A DNA stretch of 32,000 bases from Microcystis aeruginosa NIES-2549 (GCF_000981785.2 NZ_CP011304.1:1260001-1292000); one strand, 5' to 3'; positions 7,901-16,777 are shown, counted from the stretch's first letter. Numbers and translations: made by a program. Notes: generated from the sequence alone by a model not told the origin.

Positions 7901-9686
7901 TCAAAACAGAACGCTCGATACAGATTCCTACTAAGTCCTCGTTTTTAACGCCTAAGTTTTGCAAATAATAAGCGAGTTGATTGGCTTTTTGATTTAACTG
8001 TTCATAGGTCAAAGATTTTTCTCCATCGATGACTGCTATAGCATCTGGTGTTTGTTCTACCCACGCTTCAAATAACTGATGAATACAGTAATGATCAGGA
8101 TAAGATGTTTGAGTTTGATTCCATTCTACTAATAATTGTTGTTCTTCCGATTCAGTCAGTAACGGTAATTCCCCGATGGTTTGCTGAGGATTGGCTACAA
8201 TCCCCTTTAATAAAGTTTGGAAATGACCGACCATGCGGTTAATTCTTTCAGGAGTAAATAGGTCGCTATCATATTCCCAAAAACCTTCTAAATAAGCTCC
8301 TTTTTCGGTTTCGATTTCCTCTAAAACTAAGCTGAGATCAAATTTAATTCTCTGGTTTTCAACGGCTAGATATTGAGCTTTTAAATTGGGTAATTCTAAA
8401 GCATTGAGGGGGGCATTTTGCATCGCAAACATTACCTGAAATAAGGGATTATAACTTAAACTTCGTTCTATTTCTAACCCATCAACCACTTGCTCAAAGG
8501 GGACATCTTGATTAGCATACGCTTCTAAAACAACATTGCGAGCTTGCTGTAATAATCCCGAAAAAGTCGGATTTCCTTCTAGGGAATTCCGCAGCACTAA
8601 AGTATTGACAAAAAAACCAATCAAAGGTTCAATTTCTTGTCGGTTTCGGTTGGCGGTAGGTGTCCCGATTAAAATATCATCCTGACCACTATAACGAAAG
8701 AGTAAAGTGTTTAAAGCAGCCAGTAAGGTCATAAATAAAGTCACCCCCGACTTTTGGCTCAAAAGTTTCAGTTTTTCTGTGAGTTCTGAGTCAATTTGAA
8801 ACGAGATACTATGACCTCGAAAATTGGGAGTAGCTGGACGGGGTTTATCGGTTGGAAGTTCTAATAAAGGAGGAGCAGCCGTTAATTGTTTTTTCCAATA
8901 ATTTAACTGATTTTCTAAGATTTTACCCTGTAACCATTGTCTTTGCCATACCGCAAAATCCGCATATTGTATGGCTAATTCGGGTAAATCTACGGTTGAA
9001 TTGGATAAAAGTGCTTGATAAAATTTAGATAATTCTTTAAATAAAATGCCCTTTGACCAACCATCGATAATAATATGATGGAAAACGTTGACTAAAATAT
9101 AATTTTCATATCCCAGATCAAACAGAGTACATCGTAATAGGGGAGATTGGGTTAAATCAAAGGGTTTTTGTAGTTCTTCAATAATCTGTTTATCAATTTG
9201 CTCTTGGGGTATATCTTTTAAATTAACAACTAATAATTTAATCTTCAGCGATGGAGCAATTTTTTGAATAGGTTTTCCTTCAACCACTGGAAAGGTTGTC
9301 CGTAAGCTCTCATGGCGTTGAATAATAGCATTAATCGTTTGCTCTAAAATATCAATGTTTAAGCGTCCCGTTAAACGGATGGTTAAAGCTTCATTATAAG
9401 CTGGATTTTGCCGATCCATCTGATAGAGAAACCACATTCTCTGTTGAGCAAAAGATAGGGGTAAATCTTCAGTTCGGGCAACGGGATCAATAACCGATTC
9501 AACTGGTTTAGATGGTGTTGTTGCACTTCTTAAAAAAGTGAGAATTTCTGGTTTTCTTGTCCCGATTTCTTGCTTAATTTCTGGTGTCATTACTCCTTGG
9601 GGAGCTTGATATTTTAACTTTTCTTCCTCAAGCCAAAGCTTGATGTCTAAACTATTTAAGTAAGATAAAAATTCTGCGACTTTCAT
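4914..9686 (-). CDS. aerB: NRPS module: N-terminal docking domain - C - A(Leu-type) - T - E
   Basis: Domain motifs seen: C domain HHIIIDGW; A domain LAYVIYTSGSTGKPKG, FDASVWE, NYGPTEN, GELYIGG, YKTGD and PNGKIDR; T domain FFELGGDSI; E domain HHLAVDGISW. The tail is acidic (ELDELLSELDF). The ATG is at 9686 (the track start is a TTG one codon earlier). Confidence 0.95.
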   Translation of the reverse strand: MKVAEFLSYLNSLDIKLWLEEEKLKYQAPQGVMTPEIKQEIGTRKPEILTFLRSATTPSKPVESVIDPVARTEDLPLSFAQQRMWFLYQMDRQNPAYNEALTIRLTGRLNIDILEQTINAIIQRHESLRTTFPVVEGKPIQKIAPSLKIKLLVVNLKDIPQEQIDKQIIEELQKPFDLTQSPLLRCTLFDLGYENYILVNVFHHIIIDGWSKGILFKELSKFYQALLSNSTVDLPELAIQYADFAVWQRQWLQGKILENQLNYWKKQLTAAPPLLELPTDKPRPATPNFRGHSISFQIDSELTEKLKLLSQKSGVTLFMTLLAALNTLLFRYSGQDDILIGTPTANRNRQEIEPLIGFFVNTLVLRNSLEGNPTFSGLLQQARNVVLEAYANQDVPFEQVVDGLEIERSLSYNPLFQVMFAMQNAPLNALELPNLKAQYLAVENQRIKFDLSLVLEEIETEKGAYLEGFWEYDSDLFTPERINRMVGHFQTLLKGIVANPQQTIGELPLLTESEEQQLLVEWNQTQTSYPDHYCIHQLFEAWVEQTPDAIAVIDGEKSLTYEQLNQKANQLAYYLQNLGVKNEDLVGICIERSVLMIIGLLGILKAGAAYIPLDPNYPSERLAYMLEDSAVSVLLTQENLVHTLPNYLGTIFCLDQDGKILDHHPQDNPLHPMTSENLAYVIYTSGSTGKPKGVLIQHQSLLNLVSWHQNAFNITTIDRVTQLAGIAFDASVWEIWPHLTAGACLAIVPQDLLTSPNQLQEWLIAQKITVSFLPTPLAETLIPLDWSPNCPLRLMLTGGDKLNDFPPTSIPFTLVNNYGPTENTVVTTSVKITPDLLTEKAPPIGRPISNTQVYILDQYQQPVPIGIPGELYIGGSGLAKGYLNRPELTDSKFIANPLSQKLSDRLYKTGDLVRYGNDGQIEFIGRIDDQVKIRGFRIELGEIETILNQHPQVKEAIIIAREDQPGVKRLCAYVIGSQNLTVSQLRLFLQEKLPQYMVPAFFVLLDAFPLTPNGKIDRRALPKPALELEDEAAINLSPGTGTERILAAIWQRVLGLKTISINDNFFELGGDSILAIQIIAQANQAGLQITPKQLFSHQTIAQLATVAETTTITEIDQGLVTGEVPLTPIQKWFFEQNWPERHHFNQSILLEVPNNLQPDLLKQTISKILYHHDALRLRFVQQGEQWQQNHSDDCNNFAFEKVDLSHLSYHEQLTKMAEISEVQQRVLNLEEGPLMAVVFFALGESGKMLIVIHHLAVDGISWRIILEDFVTIYHQLETQKPLQLPPKTSSFKTWAEELQNYGKTPEFYAQFKYWLNRDFPSISPLPVDAQGDAQSNIVAHAKTVSFTLNEEQTRLLLQEVPQVYNTQINDILLTALVQAFGHWTGNYGLLLDMEGHGRENVIESVNLSRTVGWFTSIFPVFLTLENLHHPGECLKSIKEQLRQIPNRGFDYGIGYYLNSDLTIQSPLKNYPKAQISFNYLGQFTSHQIGEIGWKLSQASSGSIHSPLGQRSHLIAIHGIVVDGQLDIEWQYSENFHHQTTIKNLAAAYRDSLESLINHCLSVEGGYTPSDFPDADLNQVELDELLSELDF

Positions 9687-9809
9687 CAATAGTATCCTTT
9701 TCCTTAATTAATGTTCTGGTATTTTTGGAATGGGGGTGATGTTTGGCTGGGTTCAGTAGCCCTAACTTGAGCTACTGTTAGAAATCCAATCAACTTGATT
9801 CGTCTATTT

Positions 9810-11687
9810 TTATCGGTTGATTGCCTCTAAATATTGTTTTTTAATGCTGTGTAAATTACGAGGTTCGTTCTTAGGAGAAAACAGCCCATCAGTTTCCCAT
9901 TTACTGGCATCCAAACTAATTGCCCAAGCATTTAACCAGGGGTGTTCGTTAATTTTAGGTAACAGTTCGGGTCTGGTATCCTCTAAGGCAATTTGAAAAA
10001 TGACTTGAGCAAATTCTTCTAATAATTTTAAGCTGGCTCGATAAGCTTCTATGATTTCAGCTTCGGTTTTATTAGATTGTAAATTCCGGGTTCGCAGTTC
10101 ATTCACAAAGGGGATTGCTAAGTAATCAATAAATTCAAAGCTAACCCGACCCAGGGATTGATTTGCCCAATCTCGGAATAGTTGTTGTATTCGATAGGAA
10201 AGAGGGAAAAATTCTGCATTAATCTGTTGAACTTTCATCTTAAGTTCCGGGTCAAGGAAGATGGAATTAAACATCATTAAGCAACCAAATGTCCATCCAG
10301 CTAACGTATCCCAGATCATTTTTGTTGCCATCACTATCCCATTTCCCATACAGTTGTAGGAATTTTGGATATTAAAGGTTAACCCATCGTGATAGGTTAA
10401 ATAAAAGTGATTGGCATCGTCAACTCTTTCGGGAGTTAGTTGACCTTTAAGGTCAAGTTCAATCATTTGGGTGGTTAAAGAATTGCCAAAACCAATACTA
10501 TCTGAACCAGGGGAATAAAAAGGATCGGGAAATAAACCGGCTTCACCAACACAAGTCCAACGATCAAAGGAAAAGACTTGTTTGGAGGAGTAACTATATT
10601 TCGGCATCTTTCTAAAGTCTTCAGGGGATTTACCTTCTAAATGAGCCGCTAAAACGGGTTCATTTTCCCTTAACCACTCAAAGGCTAATTCATAGTTATG
10701 ATAATTTTTTAACGGGTGAATATCTTGACGAGTCACAATGCCAATACTGGTATAACCTGTGGATAAAGGAATTAACCAAACCCAGTATCCTTCACCGCAT
10801 AAATGATTTGTAGAATAATAACGGTTGTTATTAGGAACACGCCGATGCCATTTTTCTTCACTGGCTGGCACAAAATTGCTGACATCAAAACGACACTCAA
10901 CTCGGAACCAAACCGCACTGTAATTATTATGATTAGGTTTCGCTAAACCGAGTTTCTTCTGTATAAATCGACGGCGACCCATCGCATCGACAACCCATCG
11001 GGATTTAATACAATGAGTTTTTTGATTCGCTCCACTACCTTGAGTATAAATAATTTTATGCTGTTGCTGTAGCCCTTCAGCAAATTCGATGTCTTGAACT
11101 GAACAACTTTCCTTAAGATCAATTCCGGCTTCAATATTAAATTGGCGTAAATCATTTTCTAATTTACCCCGATCAATTTGATAAGATTTAGGATCATGAA
11201 ACTCTGATAATCCCAGTTCAGGTCTTTTATGAAATTCAGTTTCTTGAGATTTGAAAAAATAACGTAATCCCAGTTTAGATAAATGTTGATTGTTAAAATA
11301 ATCGGTTAACTGCAGCGTATTTGCTAAATAAAAAGCACCAACTTCAACGGTTGATTCCCCCACTTTAAAACCAGCTTCGGGTAAAGGACGAGCCATTTTA
11401 TCAAGAACAACAACGGAAAGATTAGGTTGTTTAAGTTTTAACTGTCTCGCTAAGGTTAAACCCGCTAATCCACCGCCACAAATTGCCACATCATAGTCTG
11501 TTTCCGAACTAAAATTGTCAGCTTGTTCACGCAATAAGACGATGAGTTCTTCTTTATGCTCTTTCAATTGTTCGAGTAAATCGGGAGTCATAACACCTTG
11601 GGGAGAACGATAGCGCAGCTTATCTCCTTCCATCCAAATTGTCACACCTAAATGATTCAGATGCGATAAAAATTCAACTGTTTTCAT
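9810..11687 (-). CDS. aerJ: FAD-dependent halogenase with an extra N-terminal NRPS-type docking domain
   Basis: The FAD motif DVAICGGGLAGL and the flavin-halogenase signature GYWVWLIP (WxWxIP) are present. The first ~55 aa (MKTVEFLSHLNHLGVTIWMEGDKLRYRSPQGVMTPDL...) parallel the N-terminus of the downstream NRPS. Confidence 0.9.
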   Translation of the reverse strand: MKTVEFLSHLNHLGVTIWMEGDKLRYRSPQGVMTPDLLEQLKEHKEELIVLLREQADNFSSETDYDVAICGGGLAGLTLARQLKLKQPNLSVVVLDKMARPLPEAGFKVGESTVEVGAFYLANTLQLTDYFNNQHLSKLGLRYFFKSQETEFHKRPELGLSEFHDPKSYQIDRGKLENDLRQFNIEAGIDLKESCSVQDIEFAEGLQQQHKIIYTQGSGANQKTHCIKSRWVVDAMGRRRFIQKKLGLAKPNHNNYSAVWFRVECRFDVSNFVPASEEKWHRRVPNNNRYYSTNHLCGEGYWVWLIPLSTGYTSIGIVTRQDIHPLKNYHNYELAFEWLRENEPVLAAHLEGKSPEDFRKMPKYSYSSKQVFSFDRWTCVGEAGLFPDPFYSPGSDSIGFGNSLTTQMIELDLKGQLTPERVDDANHFYLTYHDGLTFNIQNSYNCMGNGIVMATKMIWDTLAGWTFGCLMMFNSIFLDPELKMKVQQINAEFFPLSYRIQQLFRDWANQSLGRVSFEFIDYLAIPFVNELRTRNLQSNKTEAEIIEAYRASLKLLEEFAQVIFQIALEDTRPELLPKINEHPWLNAWAISLDASKWETDGLFSPKNEPRNLHSIKKQYLEAINR

Positions 11688-11931
11688 AAATTTAAGTCCC
11701 TCAAAGACTAAACACTATAGACCCAACAACAATTATCAATGGCGAGGAGTGAGTGATTATTGTTAAAGTCAGTTGCTATGGGAGCAACCGCTTACATACT
11801 CCACAAAAAGACTGTTTTAAACCGAGACTATTTATAGCATATTCTGGATGATAAATTTTAGTGATGGATACAATTTTTTACATTTTTTCCCAAAAGGCTT
11901 CTGAAAAGCTTAAATTTTAGTTAACCTATTT

Positions 11932-14900
11932 TCATAATTCTCCTTCTTCATAATTTTCTGCGGCTGTTGTCATAACTTTACCACTTTTGCATACACTTTG
12001 AGTATTTTTGGATACATTAAGCACCTCAATCGTTTGAGTTAAACTGGCAACGGTTGGGTATTCTAATAAACTGTGCAACGACAATTCTACCGAGAAAATA
12101 TCGCGTAAACGAGAGATGACTTGACTCGCCAGCAAAGAATGTCCTCCTAGTTCAAAGAAATTGTCATGAATTCCAATTTGAGATAGATTTAACACCTTTT
12201 GCCAAATCTTAGCAACTTGATGTTCAGCTTCCGTTCTGGGTGCTACCAATTCGTTATTTTCTTTACCTTGCAGTTCCTTGAGTAATTGCCGCTTATCAAT
12301 ATCTCCATTATCCTTAATAGGGAGAGATTGTCGCAGAACCAGGGGACATTGATAGGACGTTCCCAATCGATCTTTTAGACTAACATGATTAGGTAGATTG
12401 ACCGATTGAACTGTAGATTTACGAGTGTAATAAGCCGTTAACTTTTGGCATCCTTCAGACCTAGATGTGAACCGATTAATCTTGCCATTACTCCCATCTA
12501 AACCGATTATTAATTGTCTTTGGTTGTGATATAAACTCGTTAGAAATGAGTCTAAACCTTGCCGCACCGTCATATCATAATACCCTTGAGATCGGGTTAT
12601 GTATTGCATCTGATAACCCTGGCTAATTCCAGTTTCTTGCCAAGTTGTCCAACTATAACAATAACTGGGGAACAAATTCTTAGATTTTTGATAGGTATTC
12701 AAAGATTCAAGGAAACTATTAGCCGCCGCATAGGAACCCAAAGCCGCTCCTCCAAAAAAACTAGCTAAGGAGGAAAAACTAATAAAAATTCCCTGAGATT
12801 CTTTGAGGAGTTGATGTAAAACCCAAGTTCCTAATACTTTAGGGCGAATAATTGTCGATAAACCCTCTTGAGTTTCGTCCAGAAGTAAACAATCTTTGTA
12901 AATTCCAGCCAGATGAATCACCCCATTAAGTTCTCCTTGCCATTGTTTTTTCACCTGTTCTACAGTCTGTTTAACTTGAGGGAAATTAGCCACATCTACC
13001 CCTTGGTAAATGACTTCTCCCCCAAGGTTTTCTAAAGCTTGGAGATTTTTGATTTTTAAGGATAATTGATCTTCGACTTTGAGGTACTCACTCCAGAGGT
13101 GTTTTTCTGGTAAAGGTGTTTTTCCAATTAACAGTAAACGAGCTTGATAATTTTTGAGCAAATACTGAGCAATTTGTCTGCCAATCCCCCCTAGTCCTCC
13201 GGTAATCAGATAAATTCCCCCTGATTTAAAGGGTAATTCCTGTTGGCTGTGTTGAAGTAAATTGACTTTTTCCAAACCTGCGATTAAACGTTTCCCGTGG
13301 CGATAGGCAATTTCTCTTTCCTTGGATAAAACGGATAGTTCTTGCAGCAGATAACTGACATTAATTTCGGTTTGATCCAGGGGTAAATCAACATGACGAG
13401 TATTTAACCAAGGAAGTTCTTGAGCTAGGGTTTTGATCAGTCCTAAAACTGGAGATTTTTCATAGGCAATTTCATCTGTTTCTATGACAAATTGACTATA
13501 ACTGGAAACAAATAGCAATTGAATTTTTGAGTTAAAATCATGAATTTTAGCTAAGGCTTGAACTAGAAATAATAAATCATAAATTCCTCGCTCTTGTGCT
13601 TTTTCTAACTGTTCAATTGTTGAAATTTCTCCCTGATAGTCTTGATAAGTCCCCAGATGAATAATATTGCTAAGGATAATTTTTCGCTCGGACAAAGATG
13701 CCATTAACTGTTGATAATGATTGGCTGTCCCAGGTCTGAGGGTATAGCAATTTTGACTGATTTGAGAAAATTCTTCCGCTGCTAAAACCGTGATACAGGG
13801 TAAGTTTTGACCTTGGATTTTTTCTGCTAAAGATGCTCCTAAACCCAAGGAATCGAGAAAAATTAAACTACAATACTTGGAAAGTTCGGTTTTTAAGTTA
13901 ACTGGAGATCGAGGTTTCCAAACTTTCTGGTAAAACCAATCAGGAATGGTTTGATCGTTTTCTAATAAAATATCTATTTCTTTTAAAATAGAATTAAATT
14001 CTCCGTTCGCAAACCGTTTTGTTAATTGCGATCGCTGGATTTTACCGATGGAAGTTTTAGGAATTTCAGTTTTATTTAAGGGGATTAAATATTCAGGATT
14101 AACCCCAAAACTGTTAATGACTTTTCGTCTAATCTTTTTCAGAAGTTCCGCTAGATGCTGGTGGTCAAAGGTTTCTACACTAAAAAATAAAGCTAATTGA
14201 TCGGTACTATTCCTAGGATCATAAACAGCACAAGCGGCGGTGTAGGACACTTCTACTTCTTCAATAGTTTCCACTACAGTTTCAATTTCATGGCTATAAT
14301 AATTCACTCCATTAATAATAATGGTTTCTTTACTTCTTCCAGTAATGACTAAATGACCGTTACTAATAAATGCTAAATCTCCTGTCTTAAACCAGCCATC
14401 TTTTAAGAAAGCGTCTTGATTTGCTTCTGGGTTTTTATAATACCCGGGTGAAACTGCATGACCTTTAACTTGTAAATGACCAATGGTTTCTTCTGGTAAT
14501 AGGGAATTATCAGTATTAACAATTCTAATTGATATCCCCGGAATGGGTAATCCTAAATCCGTAAAGGTTGCACCATTGGGATGTTCAGGATGGACTCGTT
14601 TTAAGGAAGAATTCAAGGAGGATTTATCAACCGTATGAAAGAGTAATGGCTGTTGTTCTGTAGGCTGATAATAGGTAATCCCTGAACCCATTTCTGCCAT
14701 CCCAAAAGCAGGACGCATCGCCGTTTTTTTCAGATTATATTGAAGATGAAGGGTGTTAATAAATTCTCCAACAGCTTGACCGGAAACGGCTTCACCCGCC
14801 GCCAAAAAGAATTTGACACAATCTAAATTCCAATTTTGATCGGGTTCTTTTTTTAAAGCTTCATTGATCAAATTATAAGCAAAATTAGGAGCCCAACTGT

Positions 14901-16191
14901 GAGTAATTCGATATTGATCAATTAAATCTAACCAATTCAAAGGACGACCTAATATATATTCAGTTTGAACATAAACCATTTGGCATCCTAACTCGACACA
15001 GCGAATATTCCAGTCTGAAATACTTCCAATATGATCAAAAGGAAGCCAATTAAGAATAATATCGTCGTTTTGATGTTCACAAATTATGTTTGTTCCTCGC
15101 GCACGAGAGATGACATTTTTATGGGTTAATGAGATACATTTCGGTATCCCTGTACTGCCTGATGTTAGGTTAAAGAACGCGATATCATCCGGTTGACCAA
15201 TAGGAGGCTGATGGGGAGAATGAGTTTTTAATTCTTCAATAAAACTCAAGCTTAAGGTTTGATTAGGTAAGCATTGTTCTAAATATTTTATCTCTTGCTG
15301 ACGGGATTGATTTGTGATAATAATAGGGTCATCTAACAACTGCCAAACTTGACATATTTTATGAATTTCATTATTAAAATCTTTATAGCTGGGTGGCACT
15401 GAAATAATAACAGGAATAAATCCCCCTAAAAGACACCCCCAAAATGCAGAAATGATATCATAGTTTTCCGATAGCTGAAGAATTACTTTATCTTGAGCTT
15501 GTAACCCCTGCTTTTGTAATCCGGCTTGTATTTGTTGAGCGTCCTCCCATAATTGTTGATAAGACTGAAAAATTTTTAATCCATTAGATTGAATATAAAT
15601 AATCCCTTTATTTGAATGATTTTTAGCGGCTTTTTGGAGGATTTCTGCCAAGGTTTTAGGCTGAAGTTCAGATTCTTCTAAAAGCTGTCCGTGACTGATT
15701 CCAGCTTGAGTGTTAGAAGTGTTAATCCTCAGATGAATCGGGGTTTGAGATTCTTGATTATCATTTTTTTTCTCTGGTTTTACGGGCAATAAGTCCGATA
15801 GATGTAGGGGTAAAATTTTGATTTTTTTGGAAGTAATGACGGCGGCAACTTGATCAATATCTGACAAAGAGCGTAGTTTTTCTTCTGTCTCCTGAACTTG
15901 ATGATCATCGATAATTTCAATATTCTTTAATGCAGTTTCATCGACATCACCGCTATCGGTTAAGGGTAAACTGGAAATTTGCACATAGATATCAGGTAGA
16001 AGATTGTCTGGTAACTGAGACTGTAGCTCGGAGGACAATTGTTCAGAATTCCAAGCTCCAGAGGAAACGAGATAAGCGACTAATTCCCCCTCGCGTACCA
16101 TAAAGTAGCAATCTTCAATTAAGGGATTTGATAAAAATACTTCTGCTAATTTCTGACAACTTAATTTTGGATTTTTGTGATCCGTCCTCAT
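11932..16191 (-). CDS. aerA: Loading enzyme: vestigial A-subdomain - adenylation (acyl/2-oxoacid-AMP ligase type) - KR - T
   Basis: A domain motifs are FNLTSGSTGIPK, GEAV, YKNPE and WFKTGD. KR motifs are GGIYLITGGLGGIG and YAAAN. The T domain has FFELGGHSL (about 12137-12148). The track start at 16236 is TTG; the ATG at 16191 (MRTDHKNP) is preceded by GAGGA 8 nt upstream. Confidence 0.9.
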   Translation of the reverse strand: MRTDHKNPKLSCQKLAEVFLSNPLIEDCYFMVREGELVAYLVSSGAWNSEQLSSELQSQLPDNLLPDIYVQISSLPLTDSGDVDETALKNIEIIDDHQVQETEEKLRSLSDIDQVAAVITSKKIKILPLHLSDLLPVKPEKKNDNQESQTPIHLRINTSNTQAGISHGQLLEESELQPKTLAEILQKAAKNHSNKGIIYIQSNGLKIFQSYQQLWEDAQQIQAGLQKQGLQAQDKVILQLSENYDIISAFWGCLLGGFIPVIISVPPSYKDFNNEIHKICQVWQLLDDPIIITNQSRQQEIKYLEQCLPNQTLSLSFIEELKTHSPHQPPIGQPDDIAFFNLTSGSTGIPKCISLTHKNVISRARGTNIICEHQNDDIILNWLPFDHIGSISDWNIRCVELGCQMVYVQTEYILGRPLNWLDLIDQYRITHSWAPNFAYNLINEALKKEPDQNWNLDCVKFFLAAGEAVSGQAVGEFINTLHLQYNLKKTAMRPAFGMAEMGSGITYYQPTEQQPLLFHTVDKSSLNSSLKRVHPEHPNGATFTDLGLPIPGISIRIVNTDNSLLPEETIGHLQVKGHAVSPGYYKNPEANQDAFLKDGWFKTGDLAFISNGHLVITGRSKETIIINGVNYYSHEIETVVETIEEVEVSYTAACAVYDPRNSTDQLALFFSVETFDHQHLAELLKKIRRKVINSFGVNPEYLIPLNKTEIPKTSIGKIQRSQLTKRFANGEFNSILKEIDILLENDQTIPDWFYQKVWKPRSPVNLKTELSKYCSLIFLDSLGLGASLAEKIQGQNLPCITVLAAEEFSQISQNCYTLRPGTANHYQQLMASLSERKIILSNIIHLGTYQDYQGEISTIEQLEKAQERGIYDLLFLVQALAKIHDFNSKIQLLFVSSYSQFVIETDEIAYEKSPVLGLIKTLAQELPWLNTRHVDLPLDQTEINVSYLLQELSVLSKEREIAYRHGKRLIAGLEKVNLLQHSQQELPFKSGGIYLITGGLGGIGRQIAQYLLKNYQARLLLIGKTPLPEKHLWSEYLKVEDQLSLKIKNLQALENLGGEVIYQGVDVANFPQVKQTVEQVKKQWQGELNGVIHLAGIYKDCLLLDETQEGLSTIIRPKVLGTWVLHQLLKESQGIFISFSSLASFFGGAALGSYAAANSFLESLNTYQKSKNLFPSYCYSWTTWQETGISQGYQMQYITRSQGYYDMTVRQGLDSFLTSLYHNQRQLIIGLDGSNGKINRFTSRSEGCQKLTAYYTRKSTVQSVNLPNHVSLKDRLGTSYQCPLVLRQSLPIKDNGDIDKRQLLKELQGKENNELVAPRTEAEHQVAKIWQKVLNLSQIGIHDNFFELGGHSLLASQVISRLRDIFSVELSLHSLLEYPTVASLTQTIEVLNVSKNTQSVCKSGKVMTTAAENYEEGEL

Positions 16192-16282
16192 ACTAAAATC
16201 CTCGGTTCTGTGTACATCTTGTGAAAGCTTCTTCAATAAGGACTTTCATGCGTAGCCAATTCGAAATCTATAATACGCCAAT

Positions 16283-16395
16283 TCAAGTCTGAATTGTATC
16301 ACGGTCAGAGCTATCAAAGTATACCTCATTCGGTCTGCGATAGTCAAGATAGTTTCGAGGACGATTGTTAAGCTGTTCGTAATTTAAATTGCTTG
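16283..16395 (-). pseudogene. C-terminal remnant of an IS30-family (DDE/rve) transposase
   Basis: The minus-strand hand translation is ..LNYEQLNNRPRNYLDYRRPNEVYFDSSDRDTIQT*, with the stop at 16285-16283. The LNNRPRK-x-L-x-Y-x-TPxEVF motif is the typical IS30 transposase C-terminus. No matching upstream coding sequence exists. Confidence 0.5.
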
Positions 16396-16438
16396 TTAAT
16401 ATGAGGTAACAGGCAACAAGCAAAAGGCCACAGTAAAA

Positions 16439-16495
16439 GGATTGAGGGAGATTTGGTTAATCTAAGAATAAGCGATTTAAATACGTCTTATTTTA
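16439..16495 (+). repeat. Dispersed ~55-nt repeat, copy a
   Basis: Sequence: ggattgagggagatttggttaatctaagaataagcgatttaaatacgtcttatttta. It aligns by eye with copies at 16778-16835 and, inverted, at 27981-28033. Confidence 0.6.
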
Positions 16496-16777
16496 ATAAA
16501 GTTTACGGCTATTTCTACCTCCTCCGGCTTAACGATTTTAAATAGTTCATTCGTATTATCGTTTAATCCCCTCTCCCAAAAATGATAAGTAGTAGCAAAA
16601 TAAAAATCTGCCCCGATTTTCTGACTCAACTCCCACAAGACTAGGAATCCATCCACGCTTACTTTTCGCTCCGCCGCTCGGCTGAGCGTTCCTGTTAGTG
16701 AGCAGCTCGAGTGAGCCTCGCCGAACTCTTGTCGAACTACTTAGCTCACGCCGAACGGCAACAGGCAACGCCGAAAG

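Noticed and set aside
16556-16768. 70-aa minus-strand ORF in the aerA upstream spacer.
   Set aside because: The product is Arg/Ser/Gly-rich, spans the GC-rich repetitive block, and has no motif or convincing start context. It is treated as non-coding sequence.
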